From the NCBI GenBank assembly GCA_015655415.1, contig JAATFB010000025.1, forward strand, positions 5,237 through 69,236: 64,000 bases of DNA. Direction: 5' to 3'. The position numbers were made by a program, and so were the translations under genes. The stretch is from Actinomycetales bacterium. GTDB taxonomy: Bacteria > Actinomycetota > Actinomycetes > Actinomycetales > Microbacteriaceae. The stretch's first letter is position 1. Every line of letters starts with the position of its first letter. The notes under the pieces were generated by a model. That model was not told the origin of the DNA and searched no databases. It saw only the letters and a list, made by a program, of their open reading frames with translations. Below are positions 19,726 through 29,580 of this stretch, one piece after another.

Positions 19726-20442
19726 ATGAACGCTCGCGTCCTCGTGCTCTCGGGCAGCGGACGATACGCCGATCCGTGGCATCCGCTCGCGGAGACGTCC
19801 GCGTGCGTCGCGGACATCCTTCGGGCGGCCGGCTGCACCGTGACCGTCGACGACGACGTGGATGCCCGCCTCGCCTCGCTCGCGCGCACCGACGACGTCG
19901 ACCTGCTCGTGCTCAACGTCGGAGCGGGCCGCACCCCGGAGGAGCGGGCCGTCGTGCAGAGCTCGAACGATCGCGAACCGCTGCCGCTCTCCGACACGGA
20001 TGCCGCCACCCGTGAGGGACTGCTCGCCCACGCCGCGCGCCGCCCGCTGCTGGCACTGCACGCGTCGTCCACGAGCTTCGGGTTCGTGCCGGAATGGGAG
20101 TCGGTGTTGGGCGGCATCTGGGTGCGGGGAACCTCGATGCACCCGCCGTACGGACGCGCCCGCATCGAGGTGGCGACGGATGCGCACCCCGTCGTGGCAG
20201 GCATCCAGGACTTCGACACGCACGACGAGCGCTACTCGTGCCTGCGGGTGTCGCCCGAGGTCACACCGTTGGCGTGGCACGAGTACCAGGGCTCGCATCC
20301 GGTGCTGTGGGCTCGGGGGCGTGGCGGTGCCCGGGTCGTTTACGACGCTCTGGGGCACGATGCCCGCTCGTACGACGCGACCGAGCAGCGCCGGATCATC
20401 GCGCAGGCCGCCGGCTGGCTGCTGGGTTCCCGGCACGGATAG
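19726..20442 (+). CDS. ThuA-like (class I glutamine amidotransferase-like) domain protein
   Basis: DPWHP, LLALHAS, LGG.W..HP, HP..DERY, GARVVYDALGHD. Confidence 0.8.
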   Translation: MNARVLVLSGSGRYADPWHPLAETSACVADILRAAGCTVTVDDDVDARLASLARTDDVDLLVLNVGAGRTPEERAVVQSSNDREPLPLSDTDAATREGLLAHAARRPLLALHASSTSFGFVPEWESVLGGIWVRGTSMHPPYGRARIEVATDAHPVVAGIQDFDTHDERYSCLRVSPEVTPLAWHEYQGSHPVLWARGRGGARVVYDALGHDARSYDATEQRRIIAQAAGWLLGSRHG

Positions 20443-20455
20443 GTGACCACCCAGC

Positions 20456-20532
20456 CGAAAACAGGAGCATGCCGTCGGAACAGGAGCAATCGTCCTGTTG
20501 CGGTGACGAGAGCGCGATCACTCCTGTTTTCG
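20456..20532. repeat. 77-bp palindromic miniature element (REP/MITE-like), copy 1
   Basis: 12-bp perfect terminal inverted repeats CGAAAACAGGAG/CTCCTGTTTTCG; homologous to 61152-61228 in reverse orientation. Confidence 0.75.
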
Positions 20533-21642
20533 AGCCTCTTGTGTTCGAGCGGGACGGAGACGACGGGCGCCACCGGGAGCGACGACCGGAGCACCGCCGG
20601 GAGCGACGACCGGAGCGCCACGGGGTGTAAGGGGGGTGCTGTCGCGCAGCATCACCGTCCCCCCGATCGGCTCCCCCGCGACGCCGTCGTCGGCGCCGAG
20701 AGCGAGCTCGAGCGACCGCTTCCCCAGCTCGCGCAGTGGCAGCGCGACGGTGGTGAGCGACGGCACCACGTCCTGCAGCATCTCGATGTCGTCGAAGCCG
20801 GCGACCGCGATGTCGCGACCCGGGGTGAGCCCGCGCTCGCGCATCGCGGTCATGGCGCCGACCGCCATCACGTCGGTGACGGCGAAGACGCAGCCGGGCC
20901 GGATGCCGGCATCCAGCAGCCCGAGCATGTCCCGGTACCCGGCGTCGCGCGAGAAGCCGCCGACCACCACCGCCGACTCCGGCGGCCGGATGTCGTGCGC
21001 CCGCAGCCCCGCGAGGAACCCGGCGACCCTCTCCGCCGCCGTCGTCAGACCCGCAGGCCCGGCGAGCACCGCGAAGTCGCGGTGACCGCGGTCGACGAGA
21101 GCGCCCGCCAGGGCCGATGCGCCCTCGGCGTTGAGCACGGGAACGGCCCGGAAACCGCTCGTGCGAGCGCCGATCAGCACCACGCTTCCGCCCTGTTCCT
21201 CCACGGCGCGCAGCTCCTGCGCGATCGCCGCCTCGGTGCGCTCGTCCACGAACCGGCTGCCGGCCACGATCACGGCCGCCGGGCGCTGGCCGCGCAACGC
21301 CGCAATGGTCTGCACCACGTGCTCGGGCTCGGTTCCGGCGCTCGACATCGTGACGATCAAGCCCCGGCTGCCCGCGGCATCCATCACGCCGGCCGCGATC
21401 GCGGAGAAGTACGGGTCGGCGATGTCGCCGAGCACCAGCGACACCGTGCGGCTCGTCCCCCGGGCGACCGCCTGCGCCTGCGCGTTCGCCGTGTAGTGGA
21501 GTTCACGAGCGGATGCCTCCACCCGCGCCTTCAGCTCGGCGTTCACCGTGCGCATGCTTCCGTTCAGCGCCCGCGACGCGGTGGCCAACGACACGCCGGC
21601 GTGCCGTGCGACGTCGGAGAGGGTGACGGTGGATGGGGTCAC
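20518..21642 (-). CDS. LacI family transcriptional regulator
   Basis: VTLSDVARHAGVSLATASRALNG, YTANAQAQA, DIADPYFS, DIAVAGFDD; repeat-derived C-terminal extension. Confidence 0.92.
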   Translation of the reverse strand: MTPSTVTLSDVARHAGVSLATASRALNGSMRTVNAELKARVEASARELHYTANAQAQAVARGTSRTVSLVLGDIADPYFSAIAAGVMDAAGSRGLIVTMSSAGTEPEHVVQTIAALRGQRPAAVIVAGSRFVDERTEAAIAQELRAVEEQGGSVVLIGARTSGFRAVPVLNAEGASALAGALVDRGHRDFAVLAGPAGLTTAAERVAGFLAGLRAHDIRPPESAVVVGGFSRDAGYRDMLGLLDAGIRPGCVFAVTDVMAVGAMTAMRERGLTPGRDIAVAGFDDIEMLQDVVPSLTTVALPLRELGKRSLELALGADDGVAGEPIGGTVMLRDSTPLTPRGAPVVAPGGAPVVAPGGARRLRPARTQEARKQE

Positions 21643-21654
21643 GGCGCCTCCTTG

Positions 21655-21668
21655 AGCAAACGCTTACC
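21655..21668. promoter_or_regulatory. LacI-family operator (autoregulatory) AGCAAACGCTTACC
   Basis: AAACGCTT core immediately upstream of the lacI start. Confidence 0.55.
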
Positions 21669-21735
21669 AGGCTATCGGCGCGGCCTTCGGGTCGAGCGGG
21701 CGGCCGAACGCCATGCAGCGACGCGGCGCGACGCC

Positions 21736-22188
21736 TCAGCCGACGAGCATCACGGCTAGGCACCCGCCGGTCAGGATGCCCGTCAGCGCGGACCAGCCGC
21801 GGTGACGGCGATCGCGGACCGCGAGCGTCGTGCGCGTGACGGCCCACGCGACGGCGACCAGCGCAGCAGCCCGCACTCCTTCTGCGCCCGCCATCGGCAT
21901 GGCCATCCCGGCTTGACCGGACGGGGGCTGCATGCACCCGACCACCGTGACGACGCCCATCGTGAGCAAGTCGATCACGTGCGCACGCACCCGATGCGAT
22001 GCACGGGAGAACGGTGAGAGAGCCATCGCCAGCGCCACCAGCGACAGGCCTGCCGCGACCGAAGCCGTGACCTCGCCGGCCAGCATCGGCACGAGCACGA
22101 CGAGCATCACGGCGTGCAGGCATCCATCGGCGACGTGGGCCACAACTCCGTGCCGAAGGCCTGTCGCCCTTACGCAGATGGACGCCAT
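21736..22188 (-). CDS. hypothetical His/Met-rich membrane protein
   Basis: About 5 hydrophobic segments; last gene of the amine oxidase operon; start could be 22209 or 22188. Confidence 0.6.
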   Translation of the reverse strand: MASICVRATGLRHGVVAHVADGCLHAVMLVVLVPMLAGEVTASVAAGLSLVALAMALSPFSRASHRVRAHVIDLLTMGVVTVVGCMQPPSGQAGMAMPMAGAEGVRAAALVAVAWAVTRTTLAVRDRRHRGWSALTGILTGGCLAVMLVG

Positions 22189-22218
22189 CACGGCGCCCCG
22201 ACCCGTCACTCTCCGGCC

Positions 22219-23691
22219 TCAGTACGGGTACTGCGGTGCTCCGTGCTGAGTGCTGATCCACTTGCGCTCCGTGAACTCCTCGAGATTCGCCTCGCCTCCC
22301 GCCCGGCCCCCGAGCCCCGACGCGCCCAGACCCCCGAACGGCGCGGACGCCTCGTCCGTCGGCGTCGCGTCGTTCACGTGCACCATGCCGCTGCGCACGC
22401 CCCTCGCAAAGCGCTCACCCCGAGCCTCGTCGCCGGTGAGCACCGCGTTCACGAGACCGTACGCCGTGTCGTTGACGAGCTCGAGTGCCTCGTCGTCGGT
22501 GGAGAAGGGCATGACCGGCGCGATCGGCGCGAACACCTCGTCCGTCCACAGCGCCATGTCTCGTGTGAGGCCGGTGACGACGGTCGGACGGAAGAACAGG
22601 CCGTCGCGTGTGCCGCCCTCGACCACCGTCGCCCCCTGCTCGAGCGCACCGCGCAGCAGCAGCTCCGCCCGCGAGGCCTGTCGCTCATTTATCATCGGCC
22701 CGATGCCTGTGGCGGGATCCGTGGGGTCTCCCACGGCGATGCGCCGGGCGCGGGCGGCGAGGTTCTCGACGTAGGCGTCGAGAAGGCTCTCGTGCACGAT
22801 GTGCCGCCCGGCGGAGATGCAGGTCTGACCCTGATAGTGGAACGATGACCACGCGCCGATCATCGCCGCGCGGTCGACGTCCGCATCGTCCAGGACCACG
22901 AGGGCGTTGTTGCCGCCCAGCTCGAGCGAGACCTTCTTCAGCAGTGCGCCCGCCGATCCGGCGATCGCGGACCCGACGGCAGTCGAGCCGGTGAAGTGCA
23001 CCATGTCCACGGCGGGATGCGTGGTGAGCGCGCGGCTGAACTCGAGCCCGCCGCAGACGGCCTGGAAGAGGCCCGCCGGTGCTCCGGCCTCGTCGAAGAG
23101 CGATGCGATCGCCAGGCCGCCGGAGATCGGGGTCTCGGGCGATGCCTTCAGGATGACCGCGTTTCCCAGTGCGATGGCGGGAGCGACGACGCGCATCGCG
23201 AGGATCAGCGGAAAGTTCCACGGCGTGATCGCCGCGATGACGCCCACCGGGATGCGTTCGACGACGCTCGTGCGGCCGGGGTCGTGAGAGACGATCAGCT
23301 CGCCACGGGGGCGCGCGGCCAGACCGGCCGCCGTGAGCAGCTCGTCGATTGCGCCACTGACCTCGTAGTCGGCCTTTCCCCTGATCGAGCCGGTCTCGCG
23401 AACGATGAGGCGCGCGAACTCGTCGGCACGCGCAGACAGCCGCTCGGCCACCTTGCGCACAAGGTCCGCCCGCACGTCGTACGGCTGATGCGCCCAGTCC
23501 TGCTGGGCGCGTCGGGCCGCCGCCGCGGCCCGATCGAGATCGGCGAGCGAGCCGAGGCCGGCCTCGCCGAGCCGAGCGCCGGTCGCCTTCTCCAGAACCG
23601 TGAGCGAGTCGGCCACGGTGCCGAACGTCCCATCGATGTACACGGCCGCCTGTGACCGGTATCCCGTGCCGGCGGAGAGTGTGTCCGTCAT
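22219..23691 (-). CDS. aldehyde dehydrogenase (benzaldehyde dehydrogenase-like)
   Basis: ITPWNFP, FTGST, LELGGNN, YQGQTC (catalytic Cys), EVFAP, PFGG. Confidence 0.93.
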   Translation of the reverse strand: MTDTLSAGTGYRSQAAVYIDGTFGTVADSLTVLEKATGARLGEAGLGSLADLDRAAAAARRAQQDWAHQPYDVRADLVRKVAERLSARADEFARLIVRETGSIRGKADYEVSGAIDELLTAAGLAARPRGELIVSHDPGRTSVVERIPVGVIAAITPWNFPLILAMRVVAPAIALGNAVILKASPETPISGGLAIASLFDEAGAPAGLFQAVCGGLEFSRALTTHPAVDMVHFTGSTAVGSAIAGSAGALLKKVSLELGGNNALVVLDDADVDRAAMIGAWSSFHYQGQTCISAGRHIVHESLLDAYVENLAARARRIAVGDPTDPATGIGPMINERQASRAELLLRGALEQGATVVEGGTRDGLFFRPTVVTGLTRDMALWTDEVFAPIAPVMPFSTDDEALELVNDTAYGLVNAVLTGDEARGERFARGVRSGMVHVNDATPTDEASAPFGGLGASGLGGRAGGEANLEEFTERKWISTQHGAPQYPY

Positions 23692-23723
23692 GGATGCCTC
23701 CTTCGTTCTCTGCTGCCGAATCG

Positions 23724-24614
23724 TCAGCGACCAGCGATGCGCCGGGCGAGGGCCACTCCTCCTGCGACGGGATCGTCGCCCAGGAGAACGACCTCGCGAT
23801 TCGGATGCCTGTGCAGCACTCTCTGGCGCAGCCCGTCGAAGAGCCGTGGCTGCGAGGCGATCACGCTGCCCGCCGCCACCACCGTGGTGCCGACCGCCCC
23901 ACGAGCCACGACCTGGTCGACCAGATCTGCCAGGGCGTTCGCCGCCGTGTCGATCACCGCGGCAGCGCGTGCCGATCCCGCATCCGCGGCGTGGAACACG
24001 GTGGGCGCCCGCGGCGCCCAGTTCGGGATGGTGGGCTCATCGTTCACGGCGCGTGCGAGTCGTTCGGCGTCCGCGACCCCGAACGAGGAGAGCAGCGCGG
24101 CGAGCAGCCCGTCGTCGGGCTCGCCCCTGTCGTGCGCCGACAGTGCAGCCTTCGCCGCCTCGCGCACCAGGGCGGCTCCGCCCCCCTCGTCCCCGATGAC
24201 CCAGCCCCAGCCCCCGGCGTGAACGGGTCTGCCATCGGCGGTGCTTCCCACGGCGATCGACCCGGTGCCGGCGATCACGCCGATGCCGGCATCGAGCCCG
24301 GCGGCCGGCACCAGAAGAGCCGCATCGTTGACGACGATCGCCGGGGGGCCGAGGGCGCTGAGCTCACGACCGAGCTCTGCGGCGAGAGCCGCGTTGTCGC
24401 ATCCCTGCGCACCGACTCCGATGGCGATCACCTCATGGCCTGCCGCCGCCCGTTCGACACGATCGTGCAGCCAGGCGGCCGCGGTGGATGCCGGTTCCGC
24501 CGCCCAGTTCTCCGCGTCATACACGACATCTGCGATGCGACCACCGCCGACCGCCTCGACGCGGACCGCGCACTTCGTTCCGCCTGCATCGGCGCCGACC
24601 AGCACACGGGTCAT
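23724..24614 (-). CDS. BadF/BadG/BcrA/BcrD-family sugar (GlcN/GlcNAc-type) kinase
   Basis: GADAGGTK, VVNDA, IAGTGS, GGWGWVIGDEGGG. Confidence 0.85.
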   Translation of the reverse strand: MTRVLVGADAGGTKCAVRVEAVGGGRIADVVYDAENWAAEPASTAAAWLHDRVERAAAGHEVIAIGVGAQGCDNAALAAELGRELSALGPPAIVVNDAALLVPAAGLDAGIGVIAGTGSIAVGSTADGRPVHAGGWGWVIGDEGGGAALVREAAKAALSAHDRGEPDDGLLAALLSSFGVADAERLARAVNDEPTIPNWAPRAPTVFHAADAGSARAAAVIDTAANALADLVDQVVARGAVGTTVVAAGSVIASQPRLFDGLRQRVLHRHPNREVVLLGDDPVAGGVALARRIAGR

Positions 24615-25630
24615 GCCTCCCCCGCGGAGACCTTGGTGTCAGCGTTATGGAAGACGAACTCCTCGATGTCGAGGCCCCGTACGGCCGCGACGGCCTGCAC
24701 GAGGGATTGCAGCACGGACGCCTCGAGCACCGCTCGCTGCGAAGCCGGCCTATGCGGAACGGCGATGGTATGCAGCGTCTGCGTCTCGTGGACGGGTTCG
24801 GCCGAGACCAGGATCACGTGGTGGCCAGCGTTCGACAGCATGAACGCCAGATCGAGCTCCCTGCTGTCGCCGAGGACCACATGCACGCCACCGCCCGCGG
24901 ATTCCATCGACCCGTGCAGGTACTGCCTCGTGCTCATTCCGGTGGCGGGGATGCGCGCGGCCTCACGGAACAGCAGCGCGCCGGCTTCCGCCGAGCCCGC
25001 AGCCGGTCCGGCCCCGACGAAGTCGGCCGACGTGGCGCTCGCGAAGAGGGGCGCAAGGGTATCCGCCTTCTTGCGAGCCTCTTCATCGAGCTCGGCGAAG
25101 GTCTCGGCGAGGTGCGCCCAACCGGGATCGACGGCCCCGCCACCCCAGACGTCGGCGAGGATGCCAAGGGCCGTGACCGTGGCCGTGTATCCGATGGTCG
25201 ACGCGTAGCTGTCCTCCAGGTTGCCGAGCATGACCGTCGCTGCGCCGCCGAGGGCGCTCATCGGGGACGGGTCGGTGTTCACGACGACAATGCGCTGGTC
25301 GGCGGGAATCGACTCGAGGACGGCGAGGGTCTCCGCGCTCCTGCCGCTCTGGGAAACCCCGACGATCGGATGCTCGCTGCGCGGATACGGCACCGGCAGG
25401 TCACCGGCACCGAGGCGCCAGGAGTGGATCCCGCGCGACCGCAATGCCCACACGGGCGCACCGGCGGCCGCGTAGCTCGCGCCGATGCCGACGAACACCG
25501 GCCCCGGCCCTGATAGCCGGCCATCGGAGGCCAGCGAGAGCACCTGGTCCGTGATACGGGGCACGGCACGCCCCAGCGACTCGCTCTGCTCGCGTCGAGC
25601 GCGCGCGTACGGCACGTACCCCTGCGTCAT
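24611..25630 (-). CDS. double-SIS-domain protein (GlmS-isomerase/GlmD/FrlB-like amino-sugar-phosphate deaminase or deglycase)
   Basis: GIGASY, GVSQSGRSAET, STIGY, ALLFRE, YLHGSME; no glutaminase domain. Confidence 0.8.
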   Translation of the reverse strand: MTQGYVPYARARREQSESLGRAVPRITDQVLSLASDGRLSGPGPVFVGIGASYAAAGAPVWALRSRGIHSWRLGAGDLPVPYPRSEHPIVGVSQSGRSAETLAVLESIPADQRIVVVNTDPSPMSALGGAATVMLGNLEDSYASTIGYTATVTALGILADVWGGGAVDPGWAHLAETFAELDEEARKKADTLAPLFASATSADFVGAGPAAGSAEAGALLFREAARIPATGMSTRQYLHGSMESAGGGVHVVLGDSRELDLAFMLSNAGHHVILVSAEPVHETQTLHTIAVPHRPASQRAVLEASVLQSLVQAVAAVRGLDIEEFVFHNADTKVSAGEA

Positions 25631-26766
25631 TCTCGAACCCCTGTCTGCTCCTGAATGGGATGCGTCATCGCCTCGCTCGGATTCCACTCCGGTGCGACGG
25701 GAGCGACCACGCCGGCCGAGCTAACGACGGGCACCGGAGCACCGGCGGCGGCCGACTCCTCGATCGCCAACATGACGTCGAGCACGTGGTAGGCCAAGGC
25801 CGCGCCGGCTCGCGGCGCACCGCCCGACCGGATCGCCCTCGCAAGGTCGACGACGCCCACGCCCCGCTCCCTGTGCGCTCCCTGCGCGGGAACACTCGTC
25901 CACGCCGTGCTCCTGTCGTCCCCGTCGAGCACCTCGGTTGCACCGTCGAATCCGCTGACCGGCACCCTCAGCACGCCCGTGCTGCCGGTGATCTCGAAGA
26001 GCTGGCGACGCTGCGGCGAGTCGAACGAGTAGACGGAGGTGCCGACAACGCCGCTCTCGAAGCGTGTGAGCACGCTCACGTGAGTGTCGACATCGACCGG
26101 GAAGCGCGTCCCCGCCTCCGGCCCCGAGCCGACGACGCGCTCCCTGCGCGCGCGGTGGCCCTCGGCGTGGACGGCGGCGATCGGCCCCAGCAGCTGCACG
26201 AGGGTCGTGAGGTAGTAGGGCCCGATGTCGAAGAGCGGCCCCGCCCCCTTGGCGAACAGGAACTGCGGGCGCGGATGCCATGAGTCAGGGCCGGGGCCCT
26301 GCATGAGCGTGAGCACGGTCTGGGGTGTGCCGATGCGGCCGGAGGCAAGGAGAGCCGCGGCCGTCTGGATGCCCTCGCCGAGGATGGTGTCGGGCGCATT
26401 GCCCACCAGCACACCGGCCGCCGAAGCGGCGTCCAGCACCTGCCGCGCCTGAGCACGGTCGAGCGCCATGGGCTTCTCAGTCCATACGTGCTTCCTCGCG
26501 GCAATTGCACCGAGCGTCACCTCGGCGTGCGCGGCCGGAATGGTCAGGTTGACGATCAGCTCGACGCCGGGCAAGGCGAGCACCTCCTCTGCCGATCCGC
26601 TGAACGGGATCCCGTACCGCCGGGCCTGTTCCGCGGCCCGCGTCCGGTCGAGGTCGCCGATCCCGAGCAGGTCGATGTCGGGGGCCGCGCGCAGGGTGCG
26701 TAGGTATTCATCCGAGATGTTGCCCGCGCCGATCACGCCGACGCCCACAGGCTCGATCGCGTTCAC
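25627..26766 (-). CDS. Gfo/Idh/MocA family oxidoreductase
   Basis: GVIGAGNIS, NLTIPAAH, WTEKP, APDT.LG, WHP.P.F, GAGPLFDIGPYY. Confidence 0.9.
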   Translation of the reverse strand: MNAIEPVGVGVIGAGNISDEYLRTLRAAPDIDLLGIGDLDRTRAAEQARRYGIPFSGSAEEVLALPGVELIVNLTIPAAHAEVTLGAIAARKHVWTEKPMALDRAQARQVLDAASAAGVLVGNAPDTILGEGIQTAAALLASGRIGTPQTVLTLMQGPGPDSWHPRPQFLFAKGAGPLFDIGPYYLTTLVQLLGPIAAVHAEGHRARRERVVGSGPEAGTRFPVDVDTHVSVLTRFESGVVGTSVYSFDSPQRRQLFEITGSTGVLRVPVSGFDGATEVLDGDDRSTAWTSVPAQGAHRERGVGVVDLARAIRSGGAPRAGAALAYHVLDVMLAIEESAAAGAPVPVVSSAGVVAPVAPEWNPSEAMTHPIQEQTGVRE

Positions 26767-27497
26767 GCCGCCACCAGTCCGCGGAAGAACCGTGCATTCC
26801 TCTCGAGCACCGGGAACACGTCACCGTCGACGACGACCTCCACGATCGGCAGTTCCAGCCACGGACCGGCGACGTCGAGCACCTCATCGAGACGCTGCGA
26901 CACGTCCACGCCGGTGATCGGATGCCTGCCGTCGTACGGCTCGCTCTTCACGTGCAGCAGGCGCACACGGTCGCCCAGCGCGGGAAGGAGCTCGAACACG
27001 TCCGCTCCGCCTACGCTGGCCCAGAACGTGTCCAGCTCGAGCACCACGCGCGGATCGAGCTGCTCGACGAGCAGCTCGTAGGCCGGGCGCCCGTCAACGG
27101 CGGAGGAGAACTCGAAGTCGTGATTGTGGTACCCGACGCGGATGCCTCGCGACTCGGCCGCTTCGGCGGCCCGGCCGATGTCGTCTGCAAATCGTGCGAT
27201 GCCGTCGAGATCGGTGAACGTCGCAGGCGGCACCCACGGAACAAGCACCGTGTCCGCACCCAGCTCGACGGCGGCGTCGAGAACCCGCTCACGGTCGAGC
27301 TCTGTGATCTTGGCGTGCACCGATGCGATCCGCAGCCCTTCAGCCGTCGTAGCAGCCTTGAGCCCCTGTGTGTCGGAGAGGATGTCATACGGTTCGATGT
27401 GACTGAAGCCCAGTCGGGCCAGCGTGTGCAGCGTCGCGGGAAGCTCGGCACCCAGATGATCCTTGACACTGTAGAGCTGTACGCCGAGGGCGGTCAT
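26763..27497 (-). CDS. sugar phosphate isomerase/epimerase (TIM barrel)
   Basis: GVQLYSV, GYHNHDFEF, LELDTFW, LHVK. Confidence 0.85.
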   Translation of the reverse strand: MTALGVQLYSVKDHLGAELPATLHTLARLGFSHIEPYDILSDTQGLKAATTAEGLRIASVHAKITELDRERVLDAAVELGADTVLVPWVPPATFTDLDGIARFADDIGRAAEAAESRGIRVGYHNHDFEFSSAVDGRPAYELLVEQLDPRVVLELDTFWASVGGADVFELLPALGDRVRLLHVKSEPYDGRHPITGVDVSQRLDEVLDVAGPWLELPIVEVVVDGDVFPVLERNARFFRGLVAA

Positions 27498-29458
27498 GGG
27501 TGCTCTCCGTGATCGTGATGCGCGTGCCCGTGGGCCGCGGCTGGCGCGCAGTGATCGCTCGCAGGCACGTCGAGTGTGGGATTGCGGCCGAAGAAGCCAT
27601 ACGGCTTGAAGACGAACCCTGCCGTGTCGACCGGCATCACGGGCCAGTCCTCGATGCGCGGGAAATGCGTCAGCCCGAAGGTGTGCCAGAGGACGATGTC
27701 GGCGTCATCGATGTCTCGGTCGGCGGCCGTCCACCTCGGGAGGCCCGCGCCGCCGGGGTGCATGTTCACGAAATCGCCCGCGGGATAGAGCTCGGTCGGT
27801 TCGTACGGCGTGACCCAGAGGTGCTTCGTGGTGAAGGTGGCGCGCTTGTGGATGTCCGACTCGGCGTCAGCGAGCAGCACCGGCCTGCCTTCAGGGTGGA
27901 GCACGTATCCGACGGGGGCGCCGAGTCGATTGCGCACCGAGGGGTTCGACACCAACCACGCGCGGTTCTTCGCATTGTCCGCGAAGCGCTGGGCCTCCTG
28001 CTCTGTGCGGAGTCGAGTCACCGACTGGGTGAAACCAGTGCCCGTCGGATTCTGCGGCCCCCGCGGCACGAATACCGCCTCTACCTCGTCGACGGCGTTG
28101 TCGACCCCGTCGATCATGGTGTCGAGACGAGCGCTGAACAGGTGCTGATGGAAGGGAGCTCCGAGTCCGGGGGCGAGCTCCGACGCATACGGATACCCGC
28201 CCCCCGGGTAGCTCGAGGTGAACACCACGCCGGTGGCCTTCACCTCGAGCTGGATGCTGCCGTCGAGCGAGAAATACCAGTAGAAGCCGTAGTCGTAGTT
28301 GCCGACCGTCACGAAGAACGAGACGACGAGGCGACGGTTTCGCCGGGAGTCGCTCGACCCGTTCCAATTGTCGAAGTGCTTCCAGAGGATTCCCGCATCC
28401 TCCTCATGGATGCAGATCGCCTGTGGGATGACGCGCACTCCGCCATCGTTGTCGGCCAGCGTGGCATCCACATAGGTGACCTCGCCGACGCAGTCGCAGC
28501 CCAGTTCCAGCGAGTTGGCGAACCCGCCGAGGAGGTATTCTCCGCAGTCGAAAAAGTTCTGGAACCAGCGTTGCGGAGCCGGGTCGCCGTATGGCACCAC
28601 CATCTCGGCGATCGAGGCGCGGTAGAGCACGGGGCGCTGGAGTCCACCGTCGTCGATCGAGACGTTGTGAAGCACGAGTCCTTCACGCTGATCAAAGCCC
28701 ACCTGCAGCCGCCAGCCCGCCCAGTCGATGACACCGTCGTCGTCGATCTCGAAGCTCGGCCCCTGCGGCTGGGTGATCTGAATGGGCCTGAGCCCCGGCC
28801 GCTCCGGCTCGCCCACCCACTCGGGGAGGTGGAAGTTCCCGTCCTCCTCGGGCACGGGGAGCTCCACGTGGTCGATCACGTCGAGCACCTCGCGCGCGAC
28901 GACGTCGACGATGACGGTGACGCCGTCGACGGGGTGGGCCCAGCCGAGATCGTGCGGGGTCTTCTGCACGAAGGTGAAGCATCGCTGGATGCGACGCCCC
29001 TGCTCATCGGCGCTGGCGACACCGGCCGAGAGCGGATTCACGCGCAGCGTGCTGATGTCGGTGAGACCGCGTCTGCGCATGGCTGCCAGCCACCGCTCGT
29101 CCCGATGCACGATCTCTTCCACGAGCGAGAACTCCTCAAGGACGACCGGCACCTGGCCGTCCACCGCGACGTCGAGCTGAACGACCGAGATCACGCGATC
29201 CTCGGCCGGAGACACGAGAACGTCGTGCTGCACCCCGCTCGACATGTCGATGAGCATCGCCCTGAACCGGCGCGCACGCACGTCGCCTGCGAGGAGCGTG
29301 CGCTTGTCCTGCTCGTAGAGGCCGAAGTAGGCGACGCGGGTCGTCGCCGTGACCAGCCCGTCACGGCGCAGGATTCCCATGCTCGCGTCGATCTCCTCGC
29401 CGCGGAGCGAGGCGAGTGCGTGCGCGACGTCCGGCGAGAGATGGGGGGCAGTGTTCAC
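27494..29458 (-). CDS. copper/TPQ-dependent primary amine oxidase
   Basis: FDCGEY (catalytic Asp), LGCDC, IHEEDAGILWKH, TVGNYDY (TPQ consensus), HQH and GLTHFP Cu ligands; GTG start after CAGGAG; no signal peptide. Confidence 0.95.
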   Translation of the reverse strand: MNTAPHLSPDVAHALASLRGEEIDASMGILRRDGLVTATTRVAYFGLYEQDKRTLLAGDVRARRFRAMLIDMSSGVQHDVLVSPAEDRVISVVQLDVAVDGQVPVVLEEFSLVEEIVHRDERWLAAMRRRGLTDISTLRVNPLSAGVASADEQGRRIQRCFTFVQKTPHDLGWAHPVDGVTVIVDVVAREVLDVIDHVELPVPEEDGNFHLPEWVGEPERPGLRPIQITQPQGPSFEIDDDGVIDWAGWRLQVGFDQREGLVLHNVSIDDGGLQRPVLYRASIAEMVVPYGDPAPQRWFQNFFDCGEYLLGGFANSLELGCDCVGEVTYVDATLADNDGGVRVIPQAICIHEEDAGILWKHFDNWNGSSDSRRNRRLVVSFFVTVGNYDYGFYWYFSLDGSIQLEVKATGVVFTSSYPGGGYPYASELAPGLGAPFHQHLFSARLDTMIDGVDNAVDEVEAVFVPRGPQNPTGTGFTQSVTRLRTEQEAQRFADNAKNRAWLVSNPSVRNRLGAPVGYVLHPEGRPVLLADAESDIHKRATFTTKHLWVTPYEPTELYPAGDFVNMHPGGAGLPRWTAADRDIDDADIVLWHTFGLTHFPRIEDWPVMPVDTAGFVFKPYGFFGRNPTLDVPASDHCAPAAAHGHAHHDHGEHP

Positions 29459-29504
29459 CGATGTCTCCTGCAATCGTTCGGAGTGGCGCGACGACATCCG
29501 CTAT

Positions 29505-29532
29505 GAACCACTACATACCAAATGTTATCCAC
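29505..29532. promoter_or_regulatory. phased CCA(C) boxes, putative GntR-UTRA operator
   Basis: GAACCAC/CATACCA/TATCCAC at 10-11-bp spacing upstream of the amine oxidase. Confidence 0.5.
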
Positions 29533-29580
29533 TATGTGACATGGAGCGCAAGCGCGCCGTGCGCGCCACGGCTGCCGCCG

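Noticed and set aside
20443-21759. 438-aa plus-strand ORF starting right after the ThuA gene
   Set aside because: Antisense to LacI and begins across the miniature repeat; no motif.
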